NCBI GenBank assembly: GCA_024402335.1
Contig: JAKSTZ010000004.1
Coordinates: forward strand, 30,058-94,057
Direction: 5' to 3'
Length of the DNA: 64,000 bases
Source of the DNA: Bacteroidales bacterium
Lineage (GTDB): Bacteria > Bacteroidota > Bacteroidia > Bacteroidales > UBA1715
This document shows, one piece after another, positions 9,897 through 20,514 of this stretch. Both the position numbers and the translations under genes were made by a program. The notes beneath the pieces are model-generated. The model was not told the origin of the DNA. It saw only the letters and a list, made by a program, of their open reading frames with translations, and made no database searches. Each line of letters begins with the position of its first letter. Within the stretch, counting starts at the first letter, position 1.

Positions 9897-11194
9897 ATTC
9901 GTTCAAATTCATTTTTTATGCGTTCGGCAGTATGAACTTTTGACGCCGCCTCTGTACAAAAAACAACATGCGCCGTGTGAGCATATAAATCATGACGATC
10001 ACGTAACAACGTACGTAAGATTTCTGTTGGATTTCCCTTTTGCAACAAAGGTCGCTTTCCTATATTAACTCTTTGGGAGATTGTTTCCGGTGTCGCATAA
10101 AACCATACAACAACAGTATTCTGTTTCAACAAATCACGGTTAGGCTTATTCAACACTATACCTCCACCACAGGAAAGAACACTTGATTCAGAAGAATCAA
10201 ACTTCTCTGACAAAACATTTTTTTCCAACTCACGAAAATATGCTTCTCCATCTTGTGCAAATATGTCTGTGATTGTGCGTCCTTCCTTCTCTACGATTTC
10301 ATCGTCAATATCGTAGAATTTATAGCCCATTTTTTCTGCAACAAGCTTTCCATGTGAAGTTTTTCCCGCACCCATAATTCCGATAGTGGAGATAATATGA
10401 TTTCTTTGTGCCAACGTCGGCATTGACAAACCGGAACGCATCACTTCTTTGTCGGGATTTTCTCCTAAAAACAAAGAATAGGAAACAACAGCCTGATTCA
10501 AAAGCCAATCTTCCGCTGAGACAATGGTACACCCCTTACGGCGTGCCATATCTACGAGCAAAGAGCCTTTGTAGTTAGCATCAAATACAATATGCTTTGA
10601 AGAAAGCCAATCTTCTTTTATAGGATTTACATTTTGTTGTAAAGCAGAAATAATGATTTCACTTTCTGCCACCAATTGTTCCAAATCTTTCAACTCTGCC
10701 GCACCGCAGCCAATTATTTTTGCCGCATCTTGTGCCTTGCTAAAAGTTCTATTTACAATAACGACTTCAGAACCTTGAGAATGAAGACCATAAGCTGCTG
10801 CCTTTCCGGCACCACCAGCACCAATCACAATACATTTTTTCCCTTTTACCGTAATTCCCGAGTCGATAAAACTCTGCGTTACACCGCAAAAATCAGTATT
10901 GTAGCCATGTAAAATTCCATTTTTGTTTACCACCGTGTTCACACTACCCAAGATCTTTGCTTCGTCGTGAACAACATCCAATAAACTTGCAATTGTTTCC
11001 TTAAAAGGCGAAGTGACATTCATACCTACGATGTCCATCTTCTTAAAAAGAAACATTGCTTCTTCGGCTGTTTCTGCAGCTATATAAATATATTCTGCAT
11101 CAAGGCCATTATGTGCGAACATAGCATTGAACATATTAGGGCTCTTGCTATGCAAGATTGGATTACCCGTAACTGCCAATAACTTTGTCGCCAT
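9881..11194 (-). CDS. Bifunctional shikimate dehydrogenase / shikimate kinase fusion
   Basis: The N-terminal ~260 aa are AroE-like (GNPILHSKSPNMFNA, GAGGAGKAAAYGL). The C-terminal ~170 aa are AroK-like (GIMGAGKTSHGKLVAEKMGYKFYDIDD, GGGIV). Confidence 0.9.
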   Translation of the reverse strand: MATKLLAVTGNPILHSKSPNMFNAMFAHNGLDAEYIYIAAETAEEAMFLFKKMDIVGMNVTSPFKETIASLLDVVHDEAKILGSVNTVVNKNGILHGYNTDFCGVTQSFIDSGITVKGKKCIVIGAGGAGKAAAYGLHSQGSEVVIVNRTFSKAQDAAKIIGCGAAELKDLEQLVAESEIIISALQQNVNPIKEDWLSSKHIVFDANYKGSLLVDMARRKGCTIVSAEDWLLNQAVVSYSLFLGENPDKEVMRSGLSMPTLAQRNHIISTIGIMGAGKTSHGKLVAEKMGYKFYDIDDEIVEKEGRTITDIFAQDGEAYFRELEKNVLSEKFDSSESSVLSCGGGIVLNKPNRDLLKQNTVVVWFYATPETISQRVNIGKRPLLQKGNPTEILRTLLRDRHDLYAHTAHVVFCTEAASKVHTAERIKNEFERIWGTK

Positions 11195-11216
11195 AGTATA
11201 AAGAGTAAAGGTGTGA

Positions 11217-12275
11217 TTATTTCACCACACCTTCTTTAATCAAATATTCACCAATTTGAACTGCATTCAAGGCAGCACCTTTCTTAATTTGGTCACCTGA
11301 CAACCAGAATGTTAGACCATTATCGTTTGCCAAATCCTTACGAACACGACCAACATATACATTATCCTTTCCACCAGTGTACAATGGCATTGGATAAGGT
11401 AATTTTTCAAGTGTTTCAGCAGCTGGATTTGCGTTAGCTTTTGTTCCAACAGCTTTTGGATTATCTACCAATGTTACACCTTCTGCAGAAGCAAGCGCTT
11501 TTCTTGCATCTTCTTCGCTAATTGGTTTTTCTGTTTCAATCCAAACAGCTTCAGAGTGAGCACGAAGTGAAGAAATACGAACACACATTGCAGAGCAACG
11601 AGCATCAGTATGCATAATCTTACGTGTTTCGTTAAACATCTTCATTTCTTCTTTTGTATAACCATTGTCTGTGAACACATCAATTTGTGGAATCACATTG
11701 TATGCCAACTGATAAGCAAATTTGTTTACAGTTGGTTGTTGGTCATTAGCAAGTTCTTTATATTGTTGTTGCAATTCTGCCATTGCAGCAGCACCTGCAC
11801 CAGAAGCACTTTGATAAGAAGCAATATGAATTGACTTGATATGAGAAATCTTTTCAAGTGGTTGTAAGCAAACAACCATCATGATAGTTGTACAGTTTGG
11901 ATTTGCAATAATACCACGTGGACGAACCAATGCATCTTTTGCATTACATTCAGGAACAACAAGAGGCACATCCTCATCCATACGGAACGCACTTGAGTTA
12001 TCAATCATAATTGCGCCATATTTCGTAATATCTTCTGCAAATTCTTTAGAAACGCCTGCACCAGCTGATGTAAACGCAATGTCGACACCTTTGAAATCAT
12101 CACCGTGTTTCAACAATTGAACTGTGTATTCTTTACCTTTGAAGGTATATTTCTTTCCTGCACTACGTTCTGAACCGAACAACACTAATTCATCCATTGG
12201 GAAGTTTCTTTCCTCCAAAACACGAAGGAATTCTTGACCTACCGCACCACTTGCGCCTACAATTGCAACTTTCAT
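11217..12275 (-). CDS. asd: Aspartate-semialdehyde dehydrogenase
   Basis: 352 aa with [16 protein letters not shown] at the N-terminus, the active-site region NPNCTT, and conservation throughout. Confidence 0.95.
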   Translation of the reverse strand: MKVAIVGASGAVGQEFLRVLEERNFPMDELVLFGSERSAGKKYTFKGKEYTVQLLKHGDDFKGVDIAFTSAGAGVSKEFAEDITKYGAIMIDNSSAFRMDEDVPLVVPECNAKDALVRPRGIIANPNCTTIMMVVCLQPLEKISHIKSIHIASYQSASGAGAAAMAELQQQYKELANDQQPTVNKFAYQLAYNVIPQIDVFTDNGYTKEEMKMFNETRKIMHTDARCSAMCVRISSLRAHSEAVWIETEKPISEEDARKALASAEGVTLVDNPKAVGTKANANPAAETLEKLPYPMPLYTGGKDNVYVGRVRKDLANDNGLTFWLSGDQIKKGAALNAVQIGEYLIKEGVVK

Positions 12276-12284
12276 AAAAATTCG

Positions 12285-12292
12285 TATTTTTG
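12285..12292 (+). promoter_or_regulatory. -7 box (TATTTTTG) for the LTD protein gene
   Basis: Matches TAnnTTTG, 37 nt upstream of the ATG at 12329. Confidence 0.45.
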
Positions 12293-12313
12293 TTTCGTTA
12301 TTTTTTAACGCCG

Positions 12314-12321
12314 CAAATATA
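12314..12321 (-). promoter_or_regulatory. -7 box (TATATTTG on the minus strand) for the asd-aroEK-aroA operon
   Basis: The plus strand reads CAAATATA. The two divergent promoters at 12285 and 12314 cross each other face to face. Confidence 0.45.
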
Positions 12322-12328
12322 CTGATTT

Positions 12329-14665
12329 ATGAAAAAAATTTTTACTGTCTGCGCATTTTTATGTGCACCTTTCTGCATGCATGCACAAGTATTTGAACAA
12401 TTTGACAATTTAGACGCAGGTTCGACCTATTCATCCGGTATGTTTACCGGAAATCACAGCATTACTTGGAATTATTGTAATGCACGTGGTAATCAGAAAC
12501 TTACTCAAAACGGAGACAAGGCAATTAGTTTCAACAAAGCTGAAAATGCATCACTCATTTCCGACAGTATTCCAAATGGAATAAAGTCAATTTCTTTCCT
12601 CTATGAACAAACACTTACCACCAACTGCGACATGCTTGTATTTGTCAATGATTCCTGCATCGGAAGAATTTACACAAATGACGAAAAAGGAGTCACTAAG
12701 TCTTTTTCCAGCGACATATACACCGAAGGAAACTTTGTAATAAAATTACAACAAACCAATAGTAATTCCGGACAAATTACCATCGACGACATAACCATCA
12801 CTTTTGCAAAAATTCCCTTCACTTACATATCCCATGAATTTACAGACTCCACATTCACCATCACTTATTCACTTCCCATACAAACAATTACAATAGAAGA
12901 TACCTATAACGGCATAACAAAAGAAACTTATATCTTTGACAACAGGGTAATTACGCATCTGAATACAAATTATTGCGGAGAAGCATCTTTTGAAGTTTCA
13001 CAATGCACAAGTACGACTAACGATTTGCTCCAAGACACTATCTTCACACATAATTTTTATGCAAAACCTACCATTAATGACATCATAATTACCGAAATCA
13101 TGGCTGATCCTTCACCTATAGTTGGCTTGCCTGAGGTCGAATATATTGAACTATTCAACAGAACAAATTGTCCTATACAATGTAAAAATCTATCATTACA
13201 CATAGGAAATTCTATTGTTTCGCTACCCAATACTATTTTAGCTCCGCAAAAATTCATCTGTCTCGTACCAAATAAAACAGCCAATCTATTTCCTCAAATC
13301 AGTAACTGCATCGAAATTTCTTTGCCTGCTATTACCAATAGTGGTACAACCATCACACTTTATTATCTTGACAACATCATCTCCTCCGTATCATTCACAA
13401 GCAATTGGTACAAAGATAGTTTCAAAGAAAACGGTGGCTGGTCTTTGGAGAAAATAGACTTCGAAAATTTTTCCGAAACCATGGACAATTGGACTGCCGC
13501 CAACAACAAATTAGGGGGAACCCCCGGTTACAACAATTCTATTGAGAACATACATACCGACACAACTTCTCCCTACATTGAAAACATTCAAGTACAAAAC
13601 GATTCTACGTTAATCATTAGTTTCTCCGAAAATATTGATTTTAATATGTTTATGAATAACATTTCATGGTATCCCGAACTACAAATATCCACTTGGAGAA
13701 ACACCCAAAACTCCCTTTCTCAATACGAAATAACCACAAAAGAACCATGTGACTTTTCTAAACCATACACCATTCTTCTCAACGAAAATTGTACAGACTA
13801 CAACGGAAACTCTTTCAAAAAAAGCAACTATACTTTTGCCAAAACAGACTCCATTATCAATTCTAATTCCATTACTATCAACGAGATACTATTCAATCCA
13901 ACAAAAAACCAAAATGATTTCATAGAACTATACAATACAAGTTCTTCTTATTTCGACTTATCGGAATTATTTATTTCCAATGGAGACAAATACCTCAGAG
14001 TAACCGACCAATTTACCTTATTTCCACCTCATTCTTATGCTGTGCTTTCGTCGGATTGCAGTATTTATACCAACAAATGCAGCGCCATATTCATAACAAC
14101 CAACCTTATCACCATGCCCGACGATGCAGGAACTATCTTATTGGTAAACAAATGGAAAGAGACCATAGATTCGCTCACATACAACAAATCATGGCATGCA
14201 CAATATCTAAAAGACGTCGAAGGCGTTTCATTAGAAAAGTTCTCACCGGAACTTTCATCACATCTTGCTTCGTCATGGGGTTCGGCATCTGAGTCAATAG
14301 GATTTTCCACTCCTGGTTGCGAAAATTCTCAACTGAAAATCAGAGAAAAAACAAAATATATCGCACTCCTCTCCGAAGTAGTCACACCGAACAACGACGG
14401 CGAAAACGACCAAATGATTCTTTCATTCAACAACATTGAATATGGCACATACCTTAATGCCAAAGTTTACGCAACTAACGGCAAATTAATAAACCATTTT
14501 GCAAACAATGAATTATTAGGAGCGAACAACACCATTAAATGGGACTGTACAGACTCACGAGGAATTTTAGTCAATTCAGGCATCTATATAATACATGCCG
14601 AATTACTGAGAAACGGGAAGAAAATCTCGTCAGAAAAAATCTGTTGTACAATTTTATGGGAATAA
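12329..14665 (+). CDS. Lamin-tail-domain (LTD) surface protein with T9SS type B (gliding-motility-associated) C-terminal sorting domain
   Basis: Signal peptide. Two LTD-like segments (IIITEIMADPSP...VEYIELFN and ITINEILFNPTKNQNDFIELYN). The C-terminus has VVTPNNDGENDQMILSF, typical of the type B CTD. Confidence 0.8.
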   Translation: MKKIFTVCAFLCAPFCMHAQVFEQFDNLDAGSTYSSGMFTGNHSITWNYCNARGNQKLTQNGDKAISFNKAENASLISDSIPNGIKSISFLYEQTLTTNCDMLVFVNDSCIGRIYTNDEKGVTKSFSSDIYTEGNFVIKLQQTNSNSGQITIDDITITFAKIPFTYISHEFTDSTFTITYSLPIQTITIEDTYNGITKETYIFDNRVITHLNTNYCGEASFEVSQCTSTTNDLLQDTIFTHNFYAKPTINDIIITEIMADPSPIVGLPEVEYIELFNRTNCPIQCKNLSLHIGNSIVSLPNTILAPQKFICLVPNKTANLFPQISNCIEISLPAITNSGTTITLYYLDNIISSVSFTSNWYKDSFKENGGWSLEKIDFENFSETMDNWTAANNKLGGTPGYNNSIENIHTDTTSPYIENIQVQNDSTLIISFSENIDFNMFMNNISWYPELQISTWRNTQNSLSQYEITTKEPCDFSKPYTILLNENCTDYNGNSFKKSNYTFAKTDSIINSNSITINEILFNPTKNQNDFIELYNTSSSYFDLSELFISNGDKYLRVTDQFTLFPPHSYAVLSSDCSIYTNKCSAIFITTNLITMPDDAGTILLVNKWKETIDSLTYNKSWHAQYLKDVEGVSLEKFSPELSSHLASSWGSASESIGFSTPGCENSQLKIREKTKYIALLSEVVTPNNDGENDQMILSFNNIEYGTYLNAKVYATNGKLINHFANNELLGANNTIKWDCTDSRGILVNSGIYIIHAELLRNGKKISSEKICCTILWE

Positions 14666-14669
14666 AATA

Positions 14670-14699
14670 AATAGAGACGCAAAAATTTGCGTCTCTATT
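14670..14699. terminator. Bidirectional hairpin between the convergent LTD gene and MscS gene (AATAGAGACGCAAA-AA-TTTGCGTCTCTATT)
   Basis: 14-bp perfect stem. It shares the ATAGAGACGC arm with the hairpin at 5695. Confidence 0.7.
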
Positions 14700-14705
14700 C
14701 ACACA

Positions 14706-15749
14706 TTATTGTTTTGTATAAATAGTTTGCGTTGGGAATGCAAACTCAAGGCCATGTGCATTAAATTGACGAAGAATTTCCATATTAACCTCAGATTGAG
14801 TAAGGAAATAATCGCCAGATTTCTTTATGAAATATGCAAACATTATCTGCAACGAGAAGTCACCATATTGCATAAAACTTACAACAGTAGTGTCTTCAAT
14901 ATTTGGAATCGCCTTTGGTATATTACGCAATAATTCCATCGCCAAATCCATTTGTTCAGGAGTTGTATCGTATGTTAAGCCAAGCGTTAAAGTAATTTTT
15001 GTTGAAGGCTCAGAATTCACATTTTCTATAGCACTATCTACAACCATAGAGTTTGGAATAGTCACCATTCTATTATTCAATGTTTGAATTCTAAGACTAC
15101 GTAAGCCTATATGCATTACAAAACCTTCTATTCCATTAAAACGAATTCTGTCACCTAAATTAAACGGACGGTCAAACACAAGCATGATACCGCCAAAAAG
15201 GTTTTTAATGGTATCTTGTGCAGCCAACGCAACTGCCATACCACCAATACCAAGACCGGCGATAAGAGTACCGATTTCTATGCCGATGTTATTCATCGCA
15301 ACGAGAATACCCAAAGCCCAAATAATATACTTTACAATTCTTAGTATAAGATTTGACACAGCCTCATTTAATTTGGCATCTTTCTTTTCAGTAAATCGTG
15401 TCAACACATCTTGCAACACTGCAGAAACCACACGAGAGATAGCCCACGTGAAGTTCACAACAATTAGTACAGTGTAGGCTTTTTCTATTGAAGAAGCCAC
15501 AAAAGCAGACAATGCCAATCGCTTCAACGCGTACCAAATTGATGCGATAATTGCCGCAAACATAAATGGAGCACGGAAATTCTCAACTAAAATATCATCT
15601 ACAGTCGATTCTGTTTTAGCAGCGATTTTTCCAAATACTTTAGTGAAAATCAAATAAATTAATTTTGCCAAGAAAAATCCACCAATGGCAATAGCAAGTG
15701 AAATTAAAAGATTGAGGATAGTATTCCCCCATAAAACCTGTTCTAACAT
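14706..15749 (-). CDS. Mechanosensitive ion channel family protein (MscS-like)
   Basis: N-terminal TM helices followed by the conserved MscS core (NLFGGIMLVFDRPFNLGDRI...). Confidence 0.85.
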   Translation of the reverse strand: MLEQVLWGNTILNLLISLAIAIGGFFLAKLIYLIFTKVFGKIAAKTESTVDDILVENFRAPFMFAAIIASIWYALKRLALSAFVASSIEKAYTVLIVVNFTWAISRVVSAVLQDVLTRFTEKKDAKLNEAVSNLILRIVKYIIWALGILVAMNNIGIEIGTLIAGLGIGGMAVALAAQDTIKNLFGGIMLVFDRPFNLGDRIRFNGIEGFVMHIGLRSLRIQTLNNRMVTIPNSMVVDSAIENVNSEPSTKITLTLGLTYDTTPEQMDLAMELLRNIPKAIPNIEDTTVVSFMQYGDFSLQIMFAYFIKKSGDYFLTQSEVNMEILRQFNAHGLEFAFPTQTIYTKQ

Positions 15750-15833
15750 GTGTATATAATTTTTGCGGCAAAAGTAATTATTTCATCATTCATCTCTACA
15801 TAAAAACGGCCAAATCCGCTTATATATAGACAT

Positions 15834-15866
15834 AAAAAAACCTCGATTCTCACGAACCGAGGTTTT
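15834..15866 (-). terminator. Rho-independent terminator of the lipoprotein gene
   Basis: AAAACCTCG / CGAGGTTTT stem with a T-run on the minus strand. Confidence 0.6.
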
Positions 15867-15887
15867 ATATTTACTGTTTAGTATTAA

Positions 15888-16409
15888 CTATTCAGCATCT
15901 TTTTCAGTTGCGATCCAGATGTTCAATGTTAAATCTTCAGTTGCTTCTTCATAGTTAACAACTTCGAAGAAACCTTGACATTTAGCATTTTTGAAAGCAA
16001 CAGCTTTTTTACCGTTTTCTAATTTACGGCTGATTTCAACTGCAGTTTGTGCGAAATCATTTTCAGTTAATTTTTCGAATTTGCTAGATTTTGCATCACC
16101 GATAACAGCGAATTTAGTTTCAGAAGCTTGAGCTTTAACGATTTCGTTTTGAGCTTCAGTACCAGAGATGAATTGGAAAGCTTCATCAAGTGTTTGGAAG
16201 CAGAATACTACATTACCTGCTTGGTCACCAAGTTGAGTTTTTGTTTGAACACCTTTATCAGATGTGTAGAAAGAACCATTAGCAGATTTTGCACCACCCA
16301 TTACGATAGTTGTTTCTGAATAGTTGTAAAGGCTATCTTCTTCATCACCACAAGATGCCATTCCGAATGCTGCTACAAGAGCAAGAGCGAAAAATTTTAA
16401 TTTTTTCAT
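15888..16409 (-). CDS. Hypothetical lipoprotein
   Basis: MKKLKFFALALVAAFGMASC lipobox. It has its own -7 box (16453-16460) and terminator (15834-15866). Confidence 0.7.
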   Translation of the reverse strand: MKKLKFFALALVAAFGMASCGDEEDSLYNYSETTIVMGGAKSANGSFYTSDKGVQTKTQLGDQAGNVVFCFQTLDEAFQFISGTEAQNEIVKAQASETKFAVIGDAKSSKFEKLTENDFAQTAVEISRKLENGKKAVAFKNAKCQGFFEVVNYEEATEDLTLNIWIATEKDAE

Positions 16410-16452
16410 AACTTTGTTTGTTTAATTAGTTAATAATATATTTTAGACATGG

Positions 16453-16460
16453 CAAAAATA
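16453..16460 (-). promoter_or_regulatory. -7 box (TATTTTTG) for the lipoprotein gene at 16409
   Basis: The plus strand reads CAAAAATA. Confidence 0.4.
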
Positions 16461-16493
16461 CGATTTTTTTAGAAATACTGAAACAATTACAAA

Positions 16494-16527
16494 TAAAAAA
16501 AGCAGAACCTCAATGCTGAAATTCTGC
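16494..16527 (-). terminator. Terminator after atpG
   Basis: GCAGAA...TTCTGC stem followed on the minus strand by T8. The loop is long, so the structure is weaker. Confidence 0.5.
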
Positions 16528-16551
16528 CTGTTAAATATTGTTTAGAATTTT

Positions 16552-17433
16552 CTATCCTTGTAATGCATTAGCACCACTCACAATTTCGTTCAATTCGTTT
16601 GTAATTGCTGCCTGACGAGCTTTGTTATATTCAATCTTAAGATCTTTCAAAAGTGTACCAGCATTATCTGTAGCCTTATGCATTGCTGTCATTCGAGCGC
16701 CATGTTCCGAAGCATACGAATCTAACAATATGCTATAGAATTGTGTCTTTAATGACTTTGGAATCAATTCATTAACTATATATTCCTTATTAGGTTCAAA
16801 TATATAATCATAATTGAAAGAAGCAGAGTTTTCAGATTCTTCTTGTACTATTGGCAAATATTGAGTTGTAGTTATGATTTGTGTAGCCGCATTTTTGAAT
16901 TTGTTGTACACAACCACAACCTTATCGTATGTTCCCGCAACAAAATCAGCCATAATTTCTTCCGAAATTTTCGAAGTTTCCGCATAAGTAAGTTTATCGA
17001 AAATTTCTACAAATGATTTTGAAGCGATTATACCTTTGCTTTTCAAAGAATCACAGACTTTTTTACCAATCGCATACACAGTAACATTACCTGCAGCATT
17101 TTGGCTTGCATAATCCGTTTTCACCAAAGCAGCTACTGTCTTACCAATATTTGTATTGAAGCCACCACACAAACCGCTGTTTGAAGCAACTGCAATAATC
17201 AATATTTTATTTTCCGGACGAGCAACAGCATATACATTACCCTCGCTCGACTCCAAGCCACTACTTACATTACGCAAGATTTCTTGCAATTTCTCTGAAT
17301 AAGGACGCATTTGCAATACAGACTGCTGAGCCTTACGCAACTTTGCCGCAGACACCATTTTCATAGCGCTCGTGATTTTTTGCGTACTGCTTACAGAAGC
17401 GATTCTATTGCGTATTTCCTTAATACCTGCCAT
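16552..17433 (-). CDS. atpG: F0F1 ATP synthase subunit gamma
   Basis: 293 aa with a conserved N-terminus (IKEIRNRIASVSSTQKITSAMKMVSAAKL) and C-terminus (ITNELNEIVSGA). Confidence 0.95.
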   Translation of the reverse strand: MAGIKEIRNRIASVSSTQKITSAMKMVSAAKLRKAQQSVLQMRPYSEKLQEILRNVSSGLESSEGNVYAVARPENKILIIAVASNSGLCGGFNTNIGKTVAALVKTDYASQNAAGNVTVYAIGKKVCDSLKSKGIIASKSFVEIFDKLTYAETSKISEEIMADFVAGTYDKVVVVYNKFKNAATQIITTTQYLPIVQEESENSASFNYDYIFEPNKEYIVNELIPKSLKTQFYSILLDSYASEHGARMTAMHKATDNAGTLLKDLKIEYNKARQAAITNELNEIVSGANALQG

Positions 17434-17536
17434 TTTATTAGTTATTAGAGTTTAGAGATTAGTTATTGGTATTTAGCGATAACGATAAGTGAAAAGGAAA
17501 CCTTATCACTTATCACTAATCACTATCCGTTAATCA

Positions 17537-19117
17537 CTATTCTTTGTATTTTGCTGAAACCTCTTTAGCTGCCGCTGCTAAAACTGCCTTAATGTCGTCG
17601 TCGATTGCACCACCAGCAATTTTATCAAGCGTATCTTTATGTTTCAAGTCAAGATATTCCAAATATTCTTTTTCGAAATCAAGAACCTTGTCGATTGGAA
17701 CATCGCCCAACAAACCTTGAGTACCACAATAAATGATTGCAACTTGATGTTGAACCTTCATTGGAGAATATTGTCCTTGTTTCAAAATTTGAACGTTTCT
17801 ACGACCTTTTGCCAACACTGCCATTGTTGCAGCATCCAAGTCTGAACCGAATTTAGAGAATGCCTCCAATTCACGGAATTGAGCTTGATCCACACGCAAT
17901 GTACCAGCAACTTTCTTCATAGCCTTGATTTGAGCGTTACCACCTACACGAGATACCGAAATACCTACGTTGATTGCAGGACGGATACCTGCGTGGAACA
18001 AACTAGATTCAAGGTAAATCTGACCATCTGTAATAGAGATCACATTTGTTGGAATATATGCAGAAACGTCACCTTCTTGAGTTTCAATAATTGGAAGAGC
18101 AGTCAAAGAACCGCCACCTTTAATTCTGCCTTTCAACGAAGCAGGTACGTCGTTCATATTTTGAGCAACTTCATCATTTGCAATAATCTTAGCTGCACGT
18201 TCTAGCAAACGAGAGTGCAAATAGAACACATCACCTGGATAAGCTTCACGTCCTGGTGGACGACGAAGAAGCAAAGACACTTCACGATAAGCCACAGCTT
18301 GTTTTGACAAATCATCATAGATAATCAAAGCTGGACGACCAGTATCACGGAAGTACTCACCAATTGCACAACCTGCGAATGGAGCATAGTATTGTAAAGC
18401 TGCAGGATCCGAAGCCGTTGACGATACGATAGTCGTATAAGCCATTGCGCCATGAGCTTCCAATGTTTTTGCTATACTAGCCACAGTAGAACCTTTTTGA
18501 CCAACTGCTACATAGATACAGTAAACAGGTTCACCTTTTTCGTAGAATTCTTTTTGGTTAATGATAGTATCGATTGCGATTGCAGTCTTACCTGTTTGAC
18601 GGTCACCAATAATCAACTCACGTTGACCACGACCAACAGGAATCATCGCATCGATAGGTTTGATACCTGTTTGCAAAGGTTCAGTTACCGGTTGACGATA
18701 CAAAATACCTGGAGCCTTTCTTTCAAGTGGCATTTCCAACAAGTCTCCTGTAATATCACCTTTACCATCAATAGCTTCACCCAATGTATTTACAACACGG
18801 CCAAGAAGACCTTCGCCCACCATAACAGAAGCGATTTTCTGCGTTCTTTTTACCGTATCACCTTCGCTAATACCATCTGACTCACCAAGAAGAACGGCAC
18901 CAACATTGTCCTCTTCAAGGTTAAGCACGATACCTTTTGTTCCATTTGAGAACTCTATCATTTCATTGGCTTGTACATTTGTCAAACCATGAATACGGGC
19001 AATACTATCACCTACCGACAGTACTGTTCCCACTTCTTCTAGTTCTGTTTCGGTCTTATAGCCTTCAAGCTGTTTTTTTAAGATTTCCGAAACCTCTGCT
19101 GGTTTTATATCTGCCAT
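17537..19117 (-). CDS. atpA: F0F1 ATP synthase subunit alpha
   Basis: 526 aa with the Walker A motif GDRQTGKT and full-length alpha-subunit conservation. Confidence 0.97.
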   Translation of the reverse strand: MADIKPAEVSEILKKQLEGYKTETELEEVGTVLSVGDSIARIHGLTNVQANEMIEFSNGTKGIVLNLEEDNVGAVLLGESDGISEGDTVKRTQKIASVMVGEGLLGRVVNTLGEAIDGKGDITGDLLEMPLERKAPGILYRQPVTEPLQTGIKPIDAMIPVGRGQRELIIGDRQTGKTAIAIDTIINQKEFYEKGEPVYCIYVAVGQKGSTVASIAKTLEAHGAMAYTTIVSSTASDPAALQYYAPFAGCAIGEYFRDTGRPALIIYDDLSKQAVAYREVSLLLRRPPGREAYPGDVFYLHSRLLERAAKIIANDEVAQNMNDVPASLKGRIKGGGSLTALPIIETQEGDVSAYIPTNVISITDGQIYLESSLFHAGIRPAINVGISVSRVGGNAQIKAMKKVAGTLRVDQAQFRELEAFSKFGSDLDAATMAVLAKGRRNVQILKQGQYSPMKVQHQVAIIYCGTQGLLGDVPIDKVLDFEKEYLEYLDLKHKDTLDKIAGGAIDDDIKAVLAAAAKEVSAKYKE

Positions 19118-19128
19118 AATAACTTATT

Positions 19129-19671
19129 TTACTTATTTGTCATCAATTCATTTTTAACTTGTTTCAATCGTGTTTTCACACTTGCATCATATTGCATGTC
19201 TTCGATTCGAAGCACAAAACCACCCAACAAAGAAGAATCAACATTAGTCTGTAATTCCACTTCTGTATTCTTGCCCTTCTTAACAAGATCAACAATAGAC
19301 GATTGTTGTTCAGCCGACAATGGAGCCGCAGATGTAAGAGTCACTGCAGTGATACCGGCCTTCTTTCTATAAATATCAAGCACATTACGTAGAATGTCTT
19401 GTATATAGATTTCACGATTGTTTGCAATTACAAGATTGAGAAAATCTATAGTCTCCTTGCATACCTTTCCAGTTAACAAGGCAGATACAAAAGATTTTTT
19501 CTTGCTTGGTTTCACAATTGGATTTTGGAAAACCTCAGCAAGTTCAGCAATCTCGACCAAACTCTTCGAAAGTAGCTTCACATCAGCAATAACTGTTTCA
19601 AGCACACCTCTTTCCAAAGCGAACTCAAACAATGCCTTTGCGTAGCGTACCGAGATTTTACTTTGATTCAT
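19129..19671 (-). CDS. atpH: F0F1 ATP synthase subunit delta (OSCP)
   Basis: 180 aa, begins ISVRYAKALFEFALE, and sits between atpF and atpA. Confidence 0.9.
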   Translation of the reverse strand: MNQSKISVRYAKALFEFALERGVLETVIADVKLLSKSLVEIAELAEVFQNPIVKPSKKKSFVSALLTGKVCKETIDFLNLVIANNREIYIQDILRNVLDIYRKKAGITAVTLTSAAPLSAEQQSSIVDLVKKGKNTEVELQTNVDSSLLGGFVLRIEDMQYDASVKTRLKQVKNELMTNK

Positions 19672-19689
19672 AGATATTTTTTTTGAATC

Positions 19690-20184
19690 CTAATTTAATT
19701 TCAAATTATTGATAGACTCAGAAATAATAGTATCTGAAGCTGCTTTGTTTTCCAATTCCTTACCAATAACCTTTTCTGCAATTTCAAAAGAAAGAGCTGC
19801 CACTTGAGTTTTCAACTCTTGCATAGCTTGGTTCTTTTCGTTTTCTATTGCTTGTTTTGCAGCAGCCATAATCTTATTTGCTTCCTCTGAAGCATCAACT
19901 TTTGCCTGCGCAATCATTTGTTCACGAAGTTCACGTGCTTCTTTCAATAAAGTATCGCGTTCTTTACGTGCTTCTGCAACAATTTTTTCGTTATCGGCTT
20001 GAAGAGCTTTCATTTCTGCTTTTGTTGTTTCTGCAAGTTTCAAAGCATCTTCAATAGATTTGTTACGCTCGTTTATCATTCCCAACACTGGCTTCCATGC
20101 GAACTTAATCAAAAGGAACACAACAAGTAAGAATGTAATCGTCGTCCAAAAAACTAAACCTATACCGGGAGTTACTAAATCCAT
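19690..20184 (-). CDS. atpF: F0F1 ATP synthase subunit b
   Basis: 164 aa with a single N-terminal TM helix and a long charged coiled coil, in the expected operon position. Confidence 0.9.
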   Translation of the reverse strand: MDLVTPGIGLVFWTTITFLLVVFLLIKFAWKPVLGMINERNKSIEDALKLAETTKAEMKALQADNEKIVAEARKERDTLLKEARELREQMIAQAKVDASEEANKIMAAAKQAIENEKNQAMQELKTQVAALSFEIAEKVIGKELENKAASDTIISESINNLKLN

Positions 20185-20265
20185 ATTATATTGTTTGTTA
20201 AATTTTCTGTTTCAAAAAGGGGGCTTTCGAAGCCAACCGCTTCAAAAGCTTCCCTCGTTTGTTTT

Positions 20266-20484
<219 letters not shown>

Positions 20485-20514
20485 TTAAGTTAAACAATAA
20501 ATAATTTTCAATTT

